64,000 nucleotides of DNA, taken from contig CAWDSS010000012.1 of the NCBI GenBank assembly GCA_963805065.1, forward strand, positions 108,174-172,173, given 5' to 3'. Below, piece after piece: positions 32,229 through 42,623 of this stretch. The position numbers and the translations under genes are program-made. Source of the DNA: Candidatus Omnitrophota bacterium (GTDB lineage Bacteria > Omnitrophota > Gorgyraeia > Gygaellales > Profunditerraquicolaceae). The notes beneath the pieces are model-generated. The model was not told the origin of the DNA, did not search any database, and saw nothing but the letters and a program-made list of their open reading frames with translations. Position 1 is the stretch's first letter. The number at the start of each line of letters is the position of its first letter.

Positions 32229-35200
32229 TCATTTCTTGCCTCGGGTAAGCATTTTACTTAATTCTACCATGGGAGTTAAGAGGCATCTGGTTATTTTTTT
32301 CAAAGGTTCTTTATCTCTTATATAATCAGCTAACTGAGGAGAAAAATGATAGTATGCTCTGATAAACATTCTGCCCAAATCATTAGTCAATAAGTAAGTA
32401 TCCCTGAATTTCTTTAGTATTACTACCTGATTAGCCATGGGAGAACCGTAACAAGCAGTAGCAATGAAGCATCCTCCTCCACCGCCACCCCCTCCTCCCG
32501 AAGAACTGCCAGATGCATCCGGAGTGCCTGCCAAATCAAAGGTGGAAAAGTGGTTGGTTTTTCCTTCTACCAGTTTTTCATCGGGATATATCACTGTATC
32601 AAACAACTTAGTCCATTGGCTAGTATTAGTATCATAGGTGTATAAATCCAGATTCTGTATGTTTATGTTTGTCCCATCCACATAGCCGTCATTATTATTA
32701 TCCTGATAAGGTATGGTTACGGTAGCTTCCTGGGATAGTAAGGTGGTATTACTGGTTAAGGATATATCCCTGTATTGATTCAGATCAGTCAGGCTTGAGG
32801 AACTGCTGGTTATCTTGTTAGTCAGCTTAGCAGGATCAAGTATAGTCATAACTAAGGTATCATTACTGCTTAATGCCTGGGATGGCAGGTTTATCTGCGT
32901 GCCGTCATAAACAGAGATTTCCTGAGGGCTGGTATAATCTAAGCTTACCTGCTTAGAGTATTCTCCAGATGCATTCAGGCTTTCCTGGGAATCAGGAGTA
33001 GTGGCCTGGTTGTTTATAGTTATACTTACAGAACTTGAAGTAAAGTTAGAGCTGCCAGAGGTAGCAACTATCCTTATAAAGTAAGTATTATTGCTAAGGC
33101 TGGTAGTATCCCACTTAGCACTGTAGGGATAGCTTGTTGCTGTAGCTACAGTTGTCCAGGTAGTTTGACCCTGAAGCTGATACTGGTAACTTACTTGCGA
33201 AGGTGAGATTCGTGGGTCAATAAAGCTAGTTAAGCTGATGCTTCCTTTTAGTATTTGAGAAGCCTGAGGTTGAATTATGGCTACCGGCTCAGTACTTAGC
33301 GAAGTTATCTTGATTTGCTTTGTAATTGTATCAGCTAAGCCGCTATTGTTTACGACTTTAAGGCTGAGGGTATAATAACCTGGCTGTAAATATACGTAGC
33401 TGGAGTTATTATTGCCGGAGCTTGAGTCTATGGTAGAAATTCCTGTGCCATAATCCCAGGTAGTAGTGGCAATGTTACCTGTGCTATTGTTAGTAAGAGT
33501 AACGCTTAAAGGAGCTTCTCCCTGGGAGCTGCTTAGGCTAAAATTTGCTACAGGCGTAGCCAGTGAGAGATTCTGTTGTATGGTAAGCTTTACTGTTGAA
33601 GTATAGCTTAAGCCTTGTTTATTGGTAACTTTTAGTACAGGATTAAAGGTGCCTGCTTCTGTATAGGCATAGGATAGGGAACTCTGGCTGTAAGTAGAAG
33701 TGTCATATACTCCCCGGCCTAAGAAATCCCATTCATAACGGATAATATCGCTAGAAGGGTTATTAGCAGTAAAGGTAATTGTAGCAGGGACAGTGCCTGT
33801 AGCACTGTTTGCGCTTAAGGCAACTTGAGGCGCAGCAGAGTTATTGCCTACATTTATAGTGATTGATTGTGTGGTGCTTACAGCAGCAAAGTCAGTTACT
33901 TTTACAGTTGCTAAGTATGTTCCAGCCTGATGATAAGTTGTTACCACATTGCCTGATTTGGTGGATTTATATTCATATCTTCCATCACCATTAAAATCCC
34001 ATTGATACTTGGCAATGCCTACCTTGGAAGTAGCGCTGACCTTAAAGTAAACTCTTAAGGGTGCTGTGCCTGAGGTAACACTGGCAGTAGCAGTTACCTG
34101 AGGGGCATTAGTATTGGCTTGTACCTGGATGAGTATGCTATAGGTATTATTAGCCCCTGTCTGGTCAGTGACTCTAAGGGTAGCTACGTAATTACCAGCG
34201 CTGGCATAGGTATAAGTGGTATTGGCAGTTCGGGATGATTTCCAGGAATAATTGCCTTTGCCTTCAAAGTCCCACTCATACTTTACAATTGCGCCATTGG
34301 TGCTGGAAGCAGAAGCTGTAAACCTTACGGCTAAGGGCGCAGTGCCGCTGGTAGGCGTGGCTGAAGCTGAGATGGATATGCTAGGAGGTATTGCCACGGG
34401 GTTATTAACGGTTATACTCACAGCCTGGGTGGCAGTTAATGTGCCATCAGTAACGCTAAAGGTTACACTATAAGAGCCAGCTTGCCCTGTTGTAGGTGTC
34501 CAGCTAAAGGTTTGATTTGAGCTGTTAAAGGTAGCGCCTGTAGGTAAGTTAGAGGCTGAATAGCTTAAGGAGTCTCCATCCGGGTCAGTGGCGCTTATAG
34601 TAAAACTGAGATTATTGCCTATGGTTACAGATTGACTAGCAATAGAAGCTAATACCGGAGGTCTATTGACATTGGCTACGGTAATAGTAACAGTCTGGGA
34701 AGCAGTTAACAAGCCATCTGAGACTGTAAAGGTTGGCTGGTATGTTCCAGCTTGAGTATATGTGGGTGTCCAGCTGAATACCTGGGTCAAGTTATTAAAG
34801 CTAGCTCCTGTGGGTAGGTTAGTAGCTGTATAGATGAGAGAGTCTCCATCAGGGTCGCTGCCTGTAACTGTAAAGGTTAAGCTACTTCCCTCATTCACGC
34901 TTTGAGCAGGTATAGTGGTTAATACTGGAGGCCTATCCACATTGCCTACGGAAATAGTTATGGTTTGAGAGGCAGTTAGTGTGCCATCAGAAGCTGTAAA
35001 GGTAACATTATAATTACCGGATTGGCTGTATGTAGGTGTCCAGCTAAAGGTCCTGGTAGAGGCAGTAAAGGTAGCTCCTGCGGGTAATCCTGTAGTTGAA
35101 TAGCTTAAAGCGTCTCCATCAGGGTCAGTAGCTGAGATGCTAAAGCTTAGGTTAGAGCCTTCATTTACGGTTTGATTAGCGATTGTGGCTAATACCGGTG

Positions 35201-38200
35201 GATTATCAGGAGTAGTTGCAGAAACTGAAGCTGATTGGGCTGAAGTATTTCCTGCTGCATCATAAGCAGCTACTGTGTAGGTATAGGTTGTATGGCCAAT
35301 GAGTCCTGTATTGGAGTAAGAATTTGTAGTAGAGGTAGCTATTTGAGTACCACTCCTATATATCTTATAGCCTGTGACTCCTACGTTATCAGTAGAAGCT
35401 GACCAGGTTAAACTGATTGCGGTGCCTGAAGCTACGGTGGCGGTGAGGTGAGTAGGAACTGTGGGAGCAACGGTATCGCCACCCCCGCCGGTCCCAAATT
35501 GAATAGGATAACCGGAAGAAACATTACCGCTTGAATCTATGACAAAAAGGTATGCTGAATCTGATGACCCGAATTGTCCCTGCCATACTTTGGCTGATAT
35601 ACTCGTGCTCGACCACGAATCAGGAGTTGCGACTGTTAATTTTGTGCAATTCGCATAGGTGGCATTGTTTCCGATTTCAATCCTTGCCTGGGCATTATCG
35701 CCTGTTGTAAGATAAGTATCATCAAACATTACTTTATTATTCCCTCCTCCTGATTCTCCATAGGCATTGAAAGAAAATTGCTGGAAATAAGATTCTGACC
35801 ATTGAAAATTAAGATTTGACCAACTTCCCATGGAGTGAACACCGCTACTATCAAGATACCATCCTTTTATAGATCCGTTACCTTGAGTTGAATCTATATA
35901 CATCCAATAACGCAACCATTGCCCTTTAACAAAGTTTAACGATGGATAAAGAGTTATATCATGGTTAGTAGTATTTAAATCATTACTTGCCATAGCAATT
36001 GTTGGTCCTGACCCCATTATTGTAGGCATTGTAAAATCATGATAGCCTGGTGAAGAGCCCATGGGCCAAATTAGTTTCCACGTGCCATATCCTTCACCCG
36101 GATAATCTGCTCCAGGAGGGACTAACACCCACCAGGAAAAAAACAATTTTGTAGTATTGGGAATACTTTTATATGCATGTATAGCAGAATGGCCTGCTTG
36201 TGATTGGTCTGCATAAGCAGCTAAATTTCCACTGATCTTGTATGAATTAGAATATACTGGGGGTGGATTTCCTGGATCAGAGTCCCAGCTGCCTACCTCA
36301 GCGGTTAGGCCTAATGTCTGACCATTTGTTCCTTTCTCAAAATCATCAAAAACAGCAACGTTTGGTCCCGAGCCGAAACTGGATCCTGCTATTGTTATAG
36401 ATTGACCGTTTGAAACAGTTCCGGAAACACCTGATACTGTTGGCGCACCAGCCTGCGTGGTCGCAGAGGCTGCTGTTGACTGCGCTGAAGTATTGCCTGC
36501 AGCATCATAAGCTGCTACTGTATAGGTATAGGTTGTATTGGCGGTTAATCCCGTATCAGAGTAGGAATTGGTAGCTGAGGTAGCAATCTGAGAGCTTCCT
36601 CTATACACCTTGTAACCTGTAACTCCCACGTTGTCAGTAGAGACAGACCAAGAGAGGTTAATCTGGGTGCTTGAGGCTGCGGTGGCTGTGAGGTTAGTGG
36701 GGATTGTAGGAGCTTGAGAATCAGTGAAGTTGACGGTAATACTTTTATTAGCATCAATAATGATGGTTGCCGGGTTAGTTGAGCCAGTCAAATCACCTGA
36801 CCAGGAAGTGAAGCTGTAGCCAGTATTAGGAACGGCTGTTAAGGTTACACTGGTATTGTAAGTATAGGTTGACTGGTTAGAGCTCTTGCTGACTGAACCA
36901 TTGGTAGAACTGATAGTTAGAGTGTATTGATTCTGGGTAAAATTAGCTGTAACTGCCTTATTAGCGTTTATAGTAATTGTGGTTGGGTTGGTACTTCCGG
37001 TCAAATCACCTGACCAGGAACTAAAGCTATAGCCAGTGTTAGGATTAGCTGTTAAGGTAACTACCGTGCCAGAGGTATAAGTTGTCTGGTCAGGGCTCTT
37101 GGTGACTGAACCATTAGTTGCAGTAATAGTCAAAGAGTAGGTTAGGGCCTGAGTAGTTGCACTTGCTGCTGTCGATTGAGCTGAAGTATTCCCCGCAGCA
37201 TCATAAGCTGCTACTGTATAGGTATAGGTTGTATTTGCTGTTAAGCCAGTATCAGAGTAGGAATTGGTAGTTGAGGTAGCGATTTGAGTGCCACCCCTGT
37301 ATATCTTATAGCCTGTAACTCCTACGTTATCAGTAGAAGCTGACCAGGTTAAGCTGATTGCAGTGCCTGAGGTAGCGGTAGCGGTAAGGTTAGTGGGGAC
37401 TGTGGGAGGGGTGGTGTCTCCCGACTGCCCACCACCGGGATTCATACCGACCAAAGAAACATCCGCACCCATGTCCTTGCCATCGCTTGCTGCCTTGTAT
37501 CCAGCACTACCTGATGTGAGAGCGTATCCTGCAATAGTGGATGGGCTTGAACCTCCGGTATAAGTCGGAGATGTATTCGCAAGGTCGTAGGAGCCAATTT
37601 TAGTCCCGCTTCCCCACATATCATAATCAAACGTGTTGTCCGTTTGCGTGCTTCCAGGGAGGCTCCTGGATGAAAAAATGTTATTAGTAATGGTTGAATA
37701 ATTATTGGTATCTCCTGTTTGAATCTGAAAACCAAATGACGATCCGGCTACCGTGTTATGATTTACTAGATCATAACTTGCATTGCAAGTTGATTGGCTA
37801 CCCCCACAGTCTCCAAAATTAATATCACATCCCACCACAAGATTATCATGAATATTGAAATAGGTCGGTTCACCGTAGATGCCATTTGTCGAACTGTAGA
37901 TATAATTATAAGCTATCTCAGCTCCTGTACTAAGGCTTGTATCACCGTTGGTGTGCTTGATATATATGGCGTTACCGACGTTGTGAATATTATTGTTAAG
38001 TATTTTTTGGCCAACACCGCTTCCACCAAGTATTATAACGCCATTTGATCCGCTAACCCCTGAGATTTCATTATACTGGATAAGCGCATAATTTGATCTG
38101 GAAGACTGAAGGTCGATCGCCGAAGAATTATTGGGTGTATCACTATAAGTATGTACTAATTTACAATTTATTAGTTCAAAATGTGACCCATCGTTATTAT

Positions 38201-39890
38201 TCCCATTTACAAAGATAAAATCACTCGATGCTCCATCAAATTCTATATTTCCTTGAGCATCTGCTATAATCCAGTTATATTGTACATCCAAATCTATCTG
38301 TGCATTTGTTGTTACAACAACTTTCTCCCCAGGATAGTTTCTGTAGATAATGGGACTGCTCGCAGTGCCATTATGACCATACCTCAAATCAATCTCAGAT
38401 GAGATTGTGTATGTTCCTGCCCTGAAATATACAGTATCCCCTGCTAAAGCATTAAGCATGGCCTTGCTCCACGTTGCCCAAGGATGATTTATATCATTAT
38501 TGGCATAAGTTACTGAATCGCTGCCAGTCGTAGAAACATAAAGATTTTTACCCTGTGTCGTAGTTGCGCTTGCTGCTGTCGATTGAGCTGAAGTATTCCC
38601 CGCAGCATCATAAGCTGCTACTGTATAGGTATAGGTTGTATTGGCTGTTAAGCCAGTATCAGAGTAGGAATTTGTAGCTGAGGTAGCGATTTGAGTGCCA
38701 CCCCTGTATATCTTATAGCCTGTAACTCCTACGTTATCAGTAGAAGCTGACCAGGTTAAGCTGATTGCAGTGCCTGAGGTAGCGGTAGCGGTAAGGTTAG
38801 TGGGGACTGTGGGAGGGGTGGTGTCGGAACTTCCGCTAAGATTATATGCCGCGCTGGTTTGTTGTTGGTTATTGGTTACAAATAGATAATATGGTCCTGA
38901 GCCAAGACTAGTTAAATCAGCTTTAATTTGTATAGAGCCATCCGCTATAGAGATCGGCGCCTGATAAACTAACGTGCCTGCTCCATAGGTAGCATTGTTG
39001 CTAATCTCAACCTTGCTGGATGGGTAAATCCTAGAGGAACTAAATGCATAGTTATCTATATAAATATCACAAACAAAGTTGGAACTTCCGCCCTCAAAAT
39101 TTGTTTCGCCTAATTGTAATCCGGGTCCAGAAGCGAATGTACATGCTTGTGTACTGTTTAGTATCTGAACACCATCGACCCATACTGTAGAACCAGAAGG
39201 TGTCCATGATTCTTCGATACAATACCACCTTCCTTGTACTATTGGACCACCTCCAGATCCACTCCAACTAGCTTCATTACATGCTCCTGAATTCCCACCC
39301 TTAAGACTGGTCAAGCCACTTCCATCTGGAGCTTCTTCTGGTTGTAAAAAAGACCCATACTCATAATTAGACAAGAACTTAAAGCTACCACCTGTAGGCC
39401 ATGTCCCGGCAGGAACATGATTCCACATTGCATAGAATCGAACATAGGAAGGGGCATGCAGTGTCTCGTCATATATATCAAGAACTGCTTCATTATTACC
39501 ATTCCCATTATCAGTACCTCCAAAGTGAATCTTGCAACTTTTATTTCCTGAAATAGCAAAATCTGTAGAATTAGTTACAGATCCTATTCCATCGCTTAGG
39601 GCGTTACCATAAAGAATTTCCCCGTTATGAAGGTTGTCGTCCCATCCAGATGCCGAAAGGCTTGCTCCTTCAAAAGTGCTAACGGTGCTGGGACTTGAGC
39701 CTGATTTGAAGTTAGCATCCCAGTTCGTGACATTCTCCTGCTCCATGTTCGTACCAGTAATGGTGATGGTCTGGCCGGTTGTGATTGTTCCGAAGACCCC
39801 TGAAATTGTCGGGGTAGCCGCCAAAGAACTCCCCACCAAGCCGAAAATGCCGAAGAATATTATTGCAAAAATAATTAGTCTTATCTTCAT
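32229..39890 (-). CDS. giant (2,553-aa) secreted multidomain surface protein/adhesin
   Basis: Signal peptide. Two LamG/jelly-roll-like regions. Four Fn3 modules. A right-handed beta-helix ([15 protein letters not shown]...). Two InlB-B-repeat-like units ([14 protein letters not shown]). Three cadherin/dystroglycan-type units (ATDPDGD..FSWTPT). Four PKD-like units ([35 protein letters not shown]). More Ig-like domains, then a G8 tract and a C-terminal [10 protein letters not shown]...FRD..LL domain. Confidence 0.9.
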   Translation of the reverse strand: MKIRLIIFAIIFFGIFGLVGSSLAATPTISGVFGTITTGQTITITGTNMEQENVTNWDANFKSGSSPSTVSTFEGASLSASGWDDNLHNGEILYGNALSDGIGSVTNSTDFAISGNKSCKIHFGGTDNGNGNNEAVLDIYDETLHAPSYVRFYAMWNHVPAGTWPTGGSFKFLSNYEYGSFLQPEEAPDGSGLTSLKGGNSGACNEASWSGSGGGPIVQGRWYCIEESWTPSGSTVWVDGVQILNSTQACTFASGPGLQLGETNFEGGSSNFVCDIYIDNYAFSSSRIYPSSKVEISNNATYGAGTLVYQAPISIADGSIQIKADLTSLGSGPYYLFVTNNQQQTSAAYNLSGSSDTTPPTVPTNLTATATSGTAISLTWSASTDNVGVTGYKIYRGGTQIATSATNSYSDTGLTANTTYTYTVAAYDAAGNTSAQSTAASATTTQGKNLYVSTTGSDSVTYANNDINHPWATWSKAMLNALAGDTVYFRAGTYTISSEIDLRYGHNGTASSPIIYRNYPGEKVVVTTNAQIDLDVQYNWIIADAQGNIEFDGASSDFIFVNGNNNDGSHFELINCKLVHTYSDTPNNSSAIDLQSSRSNYALIQYNEISGVSGSNGVIILGGSGVGQKILNNNIHNVGNAIYIKHTNGDTSLSTGAEIAYNYIYSSTNGIYGEPTYFNIHDNLVVGCDINFGDCGGSQSTCNASYDLVNHNTVAGSSFGFQIQTGDTNNYSTITNNIFSSRSLPGSTQTDNTFDYDMWGSGTKIGSYDLANTSPTYTGGSSPSTIAGYALTSGSAGYKAASDGKDMGADVSLVGMNPGGGQSGDTTPPTVPTNLTATATSGTAISLTWSASTDNVGVTGYKIYRGGTQIATSTTNSYSDTGLTANTTYTYTVAAYDAAGNTSAQSTAASATTQALTYSLTITATNGSVTKSPDQTTYTSGTVVTLTANPNTGYSFSSWSGDLTGSTNPTTITINANKAVTANFTQNQYTLTISSTNGSVSKSSNQSTYTYNTSVTLTAVPNTGYSFTSWSGDLTGSTNPATIIIDANKSITVNFTDSQAPTIPTNLTATAASSTQINLSWSVSTDNVGVTGYKVYRGSSQIATSATNSYSDTGLTANTTYTYTVAAYDAAGNTSAQSTAASATTQAGAPTVSGVSGTVSNGQSITIAGSSFGSGPNVAVFDDFEKGTNGQTLGLTAEVGSWDSDPGNPPPVYSNSYKISGNLAAYADQSQAGHSAIHAYKSIPNTTKLFFSWWVLVPPGADYPGEGYGTWKLIWPMGSSPGYHDFTMPTIMGSGPTIAMASNDLNTTNHDITLYPSLNFVKGQWLRYWMYIDSTQGNGSIKGWYLDSSGVHSMGSWSNLNFQWSESYFQQFSFNAYGESGGGNNKVMFDDTYLTTGDNAQARIEIGNNATYANCTKLTVATPDSWSSTSISAKVWQGQFGSSDSAYLFVIDSSGNVSSGYPIQFGTGGGGDTVAPTVPTHLTATVASGTAISLTWSASTDNVGVTGYKIYRSGTQIATSTTNSYSNTGLIGHTTYTYTVAAYDAAGNTSAQSASVSATTPDNPPVLATIANQTVNEGSNLSFSISATDPDGDALSYSTTGLPAGATFTASTRTFSWTPTYSQSGNYNVTFTASDGTLTASQTITISVGNVDRPPVLTTIPAQSVNEGSSLTFTVTGSDPDGDSLIYTATNLPTGASFNNLTQVFSWTPTYTQAGTYQPTFTVSDGLLTASQTVTITVANVNRPPVLASIASQSVTIGNNLSFTISATDPDGDSLSYSASNLPTGATFNSSNQTFSWTPTTGQAGSYSVTFSVTDGTLTATQAVSITVNNPVAIPPSISISASATPTSGTAPLAVRFTASASSTNGAIVKYEWDFEGKGNYSWKSSRTANTTYTYASAGNYVATLRVTDQTGANNTYSILIQVQANTNAPQVTATASVTSGTAPLRVYFKVSATSKVGIAKYQWDFNGDGRYEYKSTKSGNVVTTYHQAGTYLATVKVTDFAAVSTTQSITINVGNNSAAPQVALSANSATGTVPATITFTANNPSSDIIRYEWDFLGRGVYDTSTYSQSSLSYAYTEAGTFNPVLKVTNKQGLSYTSTVKLTIQQNLSLATPVANFSLSSSQGEAPLSVTLTNNSTGNIATTTWDYGTGISTIDSSSGNNNSSYVYLQPGYYTLSLKVVNNSGLADTITKQIKITSLSTEPVAIIQPQASQILKGSISLTSFIDPRISPSQVSYQYQLQGQTTWTTVATATSYPYSAKWDTTSLSNNTYFIRIVATSGSSNFTSSSVSITINNQATTPDSQESLNASGEYSKQVSLDYTSPQEISVYDGTQINLPSQALSSNDTLVMTILDPAKLTNKITSSSSSLTDLNQYRDISLTSNTTLLSQEATVTIPYQDNNNDGYVDGTNINIQNLDLYTYDTNTSQWTKLFDTVIYPDEKLVEGKTNHFSTFDLAGTPDASGSSSGGGGGGGGGCFIATACYGSPMANQVVILKKFRDTYLLTNDLGRMFIRAYYHFSPQLADYIRDKEPLKKITRCLLTPMVELSKMLTRGKK
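37152..37418. repeat. Fn3-encoding repeat copy 2 (near-identical to 38559..38825)
   Basis: About 267 bp. Differs from copy 1 at only a few bases (for example ttggtagttg versus tttgtagctg). More diverged copies lie at 36453..36719 and 35211..35477. Confidence 0.85.
38559..38825. repeat. Fn3-encoding repeat copy 1
   Basis: Encodes [89 protein letters not shown]. Offset of 1,407 nt to copy 2. Confidence 0.85.
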
Positions 39891-39960
39891 ATTCTTTCCT
39901 TTTAAATTCCTACGGGCATCTGTCCATACAGCCTTAATGCTTCAAGGAAATTGAGGTGTT

Positions 39961-39992
39961 TTTTATGATTCCTTTTGGCTCTTTTATGATTC
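39961..39992. promoter_or_regulatory. two direct TTTTATGATTC repeats between RHH gene and giant gene
   Basis: Identical 11-mers at 39961 and 39982 (21-bp period), 70-100 nt upstream of the giant-gene ATG. Confidence 0.4.
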
Positions 39993-40008
39993 TTAAAGTA
40001 AACGCGTT

Positions 40009-40275
40009 TCATTTTACACTCCCGCAATTTTCCTTTAATTTCTGGATTATCTTTTCCCTTAATTGATCTTTAGAGCTTATGTTTTCTCCTGTAATATTTA
40101 ATTCCATAATAATTTCAATCAGGTATTTTAGGATTTCGCTGTAAGATAGTTTATGGCCGGTAGAAAAAAGAGAATCCTTGCCTAATTTATCCAAATATTC
40201 CAGTTCCTTGCGGTCCAGCATAGTTATGACCCTATGTTTTAAGACCTCATGCTCAGTGTGAACTTCATTTAGCAT
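40009..40275 (-). CDS. ribbon-helix-helix (CopG/Arc-like) small regulator
   Basis: ORF trimmed to Met26 (GGAGGA RBS 8 nt upstream). The pattern is beta-strand HRVITML, helix RKELEYLDKLGKD, helix LSYSEILKYLIEI. 88 aa. Confidence 0.5.
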   Translation of the reverse strand: MLNEVHTEHEVLKHRVITMLDRKELEYLDKLGKDSLFSTGHKLSYSEILKYLIEIIMELNITGENISSKDQLREKIIQKLKENCGSVK

Positions 40276-40540
40276 ACTTTTATCCTCCAGGCGCCTGCCA
40301 CGTTTTGTGGCAGGCCAACTGACCCCCAAAAATAAAAACCCTAAAGGCAATCTTTAGGGTTTACGTGTGTCCTTTGGCAACGCAGCCAGCCTATCCCTAG
40401 GCTCTGTCGCTTTGCCCCTCCTTCACTAAAGAGCTTTCGCCTTTAGCTCCAGAGAGCCCTACGTAGCCCGTCATAACTCTTGCGAGTCTATTAAAGGACG
40501 AAGTAGGGGCCCTAACATTACTGCTAGTTTGCCTTTATCA
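40276..40540 (-). ncRNA. structured leader / candidate cis-regulatory RNA (unclassified) ending in an intrinsic terminator
   Basis: GC-richer than its surroundings. Hairpins with GNRA loops (CTAAAG-GC-GAAA-GC-T-CTTTAG and GCCTA-GGGA-TAGGC), the conserved hairpin 40455..40512, the terminator at 40328..40362, and a second hairpin 4 nt before the RBS. TTGACA and TAGAAT hexamers at 40545..40561. Confidence 0.45.
40328..40362 (-). terminator. Rho-independent terminator inside the leader
   Basis: The minus strand reads AAACCCTAAAG-ATTGC-CTTTAGGGTTT followed by TTATTTTT. Confidence 0.7.
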
Positions 40541-40618
40541 GTAACTATTCTAAATTGTCAAATTGTCACTTTGCACATTAAGTATAACACATTTGTCCTG
40601 TTTTTTCAAGGCAGGCCC

Positions 40619-41146
40619 TTAATCTAGAGAAAGCTGCGAAATGGAGAAAATGCCCTCCAAAGCCTGGGAATTAGGCCTGGCATTAAGCTGGAAGTTTTTT
40701 ATGGTAAGTAAAAGCGGGGAATTTTCAATACTGAACAAAAACTGGAAATAACTCTCAATATTACCCTCAGTCCTTAACTCAATTAGCGACTCCTTATACA
40801 ATTCTTTGGCCTTTGCGGTTTCTGGCCTTATGTCTATGATTTGTATCTTTGCCTCATTGGCCAGGTTTTCAATTTCTGCCAATACATTTACAGATGCATT
40901 TTTTACCGCATTTGAGCGTTGTAATGTTTCGGAGAATTTGCTGTATTTTTCCTGAATAGAATCCTTTTGCCTTAAAAGCTCCAGGTATTTAGCTAACTTT
41001 ATCCTTGTCAATTCAATTTCTTTATTCAAGTCGGCATTTTTAGATAAAACCGGCTCGATAATAAAATTGAATGCGATACTTATCACTACTGCGCCGATAG
41101 TAACCCAAACAATCGCTTTTTCTCTCTTGCTTAGTATTCTGGCCAT
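40619..41146 (-). CDS. PilO/GspM-like inner-membrane assembly protein
   Basis: N-terminal TM (AIVWVTIGAVVISIAFNFII), a coiled coil, then a ferredoxin-like C-terminal part. It sits directly after the PilMN-like gene. Confidence 0.55.
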   Translation of the reverse strand: MARILSKREKAIVWVTIGAVVISIAFNFIIEPVLSKNADLNKEIELTRIKLAKYLELLRQKDSIQEKYSKFSETLQRSNAVKNASVNVLAEIENLANEAKIQIIDIRPETAKAKELYKESLIELRTEGNIESYFQFLFSIENSPLLLTIKNFQLNARPNSQALEGIFSISQLSLD

Positions 41147-41150
41147 AATT

Positions 41151-42584
41151 CTATTTATTTGTGCAGTTTATTTCAAAACCTACCACTTCTCCTGCCTGGG
41201 TTTTTTTCTGAGTTGCATACTTCATTTTTATATTAAATTGCTTAAAGACAGGCGAATTCTCCAGTTGCGAAACAAAAGCCAAAACAGAGTTAAGTTCTCC
41301 GGTTTCACCCCTGAGTGTAATTTTACCCTCTTCGTAAATAAGATTCGTCAGGGAAATCTGCTCCGGGACAACCCGGTAAAGTTCATGCAAATAATCCAGT
41401 ATCAATACCCTCTTCTGGTTTTTATTTTCCAGCGCCTTAAACTTTTTTTCCATATCCTCTAAGGGTATGGCTTCTTTAGAAACCTTCGCCAGTTCAAATT
41501 TCAACCTCTCAAGATACTGCTGCTTGTTATCCACGTTCTTGTCTAAAGCTATTGCCCAGATTATAATAACCGAAGCTATCAATGCTGCCAGCCGCAAATA
41601 CAGCCTCACCTGTAGATTTTTATTTTCCTTTTCCTTGATATCCTTCGGAAGCAGGTTCAAAGTGGCCGGCGCCTCTTTTAACCCAAGGCCGATAAGGCTG
41701 GTAAATGAATTTCCCGAGACAATAAGCTTATCTTCTATCCCTTTTAAAAATTTTACTTTGGGTATATAGGATAAAATTTCTGCGGGTATATCTTTTTGGC
41801 TGTTAATTATTTCCTGGCAGCGCGAAGCTATTCTTTGCGGGCCCATAAAGACTATCCTGCGGATGGGCTCCTTATTAAGCTCCTTTGCATAAGCTTCCTT
41901 GGTTTTATTCACCTCGCTTATAAACAAGTTTTCCCAATCGCTGAAACTACCCAGCCTTATTGACCTGCTGAAAAGTAATTTTCCGTCGCCGACTACTACG
42001 AACTCTATAACCTCTAAGTCAATATCTACCAACATTACCGTATCTGAATCAAGGGGTTTTATATGGCGGTATAAATCGGCAATGCCGTTTGAGCTAGGGA
42101 TTATACTTATTTTTAACGGCCTGAGGCCTTTCAGGATGCTCGCATAACGGTTTATAATATCTTTGTGGGCAATGACAAGGAGAATGTTAGAATAGCCTTC
42201 TTTATCCGTGCGGATAAGCTGGAACCCCGTGATTAATTCATCGCTTGTATAAGGCAAATAACGGGGAGCCTGAAGATTGGCAATCTTCTCTATTTCTTGG
42301 GGGATTTTACTGGGAATCTTTAAATTACGGCAGGTAATCTGAGAACGCGGCAACGACAAAACAACCGGGCTATTGCCGTAACCCAGCCTTTGGAATACGA
42401 GGTTTAATTTATCAGCCAGCTTTTTATCGTCGGTATTTGGCTCCAGCGGTTCAATCTCTAAACCGATAATTTCCTTGTTAAAGGCTCCTCTTATGGCGCA
42501 CTTAACCACCTTGAGGAATCCTTCGGTAATCTGGCAGATAAAAACCACGTTACTTCTTCTGGTGATTATATCTTTAATCGTCAT
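41151..42584 (-). CDS. PilM-PilN fusion (GspL-like) assembly protein
   Basis: Actin-like N-terminal ~310 aa, then the PilN signature LNLLPKDIKEKE plus TM (LAALIASVIIIWAIAL) and a periplasmic domain. Confidence 0.65.
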   Translation of the reverse strand: MTIKDIITRRSNVVFICQITEGFLKVVKCAIRGAFNKEIIGLEIEPLEPNTDDKKLADKLNLVFQRLGYGNSPVVLSLPRSQITCRNLKIPSKIPQEIEKIANLQAPRYLPYTSDELITGFQLIRTDKEGYSNILLVIAHKDIINRYASILKGLRPLKISIIPSSNGIADLYRHIKPLDSDTVMLVDIDLEVIEFVVVGDGKLLFSRSIRLGSFSDWENLFISEVNKTKEAYAKELNKEPIRRIVFMGPQRIASRCQEIINSQKDIPAEILSYIPKVKFLKGIEDKLIVSGNSFTSLIGLGLKEAPATLNLLPKDIKEKENKNLQVRLYLRLAALIASVIIIWAIALDKNVDNKQQYLERLKFELAKVSKEAIPLEDMEKKFKALENKNQKRVLILDYLHELYRVVPEQISLTNLIYEEGKITLRGETGELNSVLAFVSQLENSPVFKQFNIKMKYATQKKTQAGEVVGFEINCTNK

Positions 42585-42623
42585 TTCGCTTCATAATACT
42601 ATTAACGTAACCCAATTTCAAGC

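Noticed and set aside
32476-32500. Poly-G/C homopolymer phase-variation tract at the glycine run of the giant gene
   Set aside because: The eight Gly codons use mixed codons (cctcctccaccgccaccccctcctcc on the plus strand). There is no long homopolymer, so slippage is unlikely.
35211-38825. Diversity-generating retroelement (template/variable repeat) explanation for the near-identical Fn3 repeats
   Set aside because: No reverse transcriptase gene in the window. The few differences between copies are not adenine-specific (G/A and A/C changes). Both copies are in-frame structural modules.
36545-39559. Several 70-97-aa minus-strand ORFs (36545..36757, 37442..37735, 39311..39559) and plus-strand ORFs inside the giant gene
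   Set aside because: They are alternative frames of a single continuous 7.6-kb ORF with coherent domain content. They show no independent signals.
40276-40540. c-di-GMP-I (GEMM-I) riboswitch
   Set aside because: GGGGCAAAGCGACAGAGCC and two GNRA hairpins are reminiscent. But the order of elements and the conserved GGCAAACC...GACGCAAAGCC blocks do not match the consensus as I remember it.
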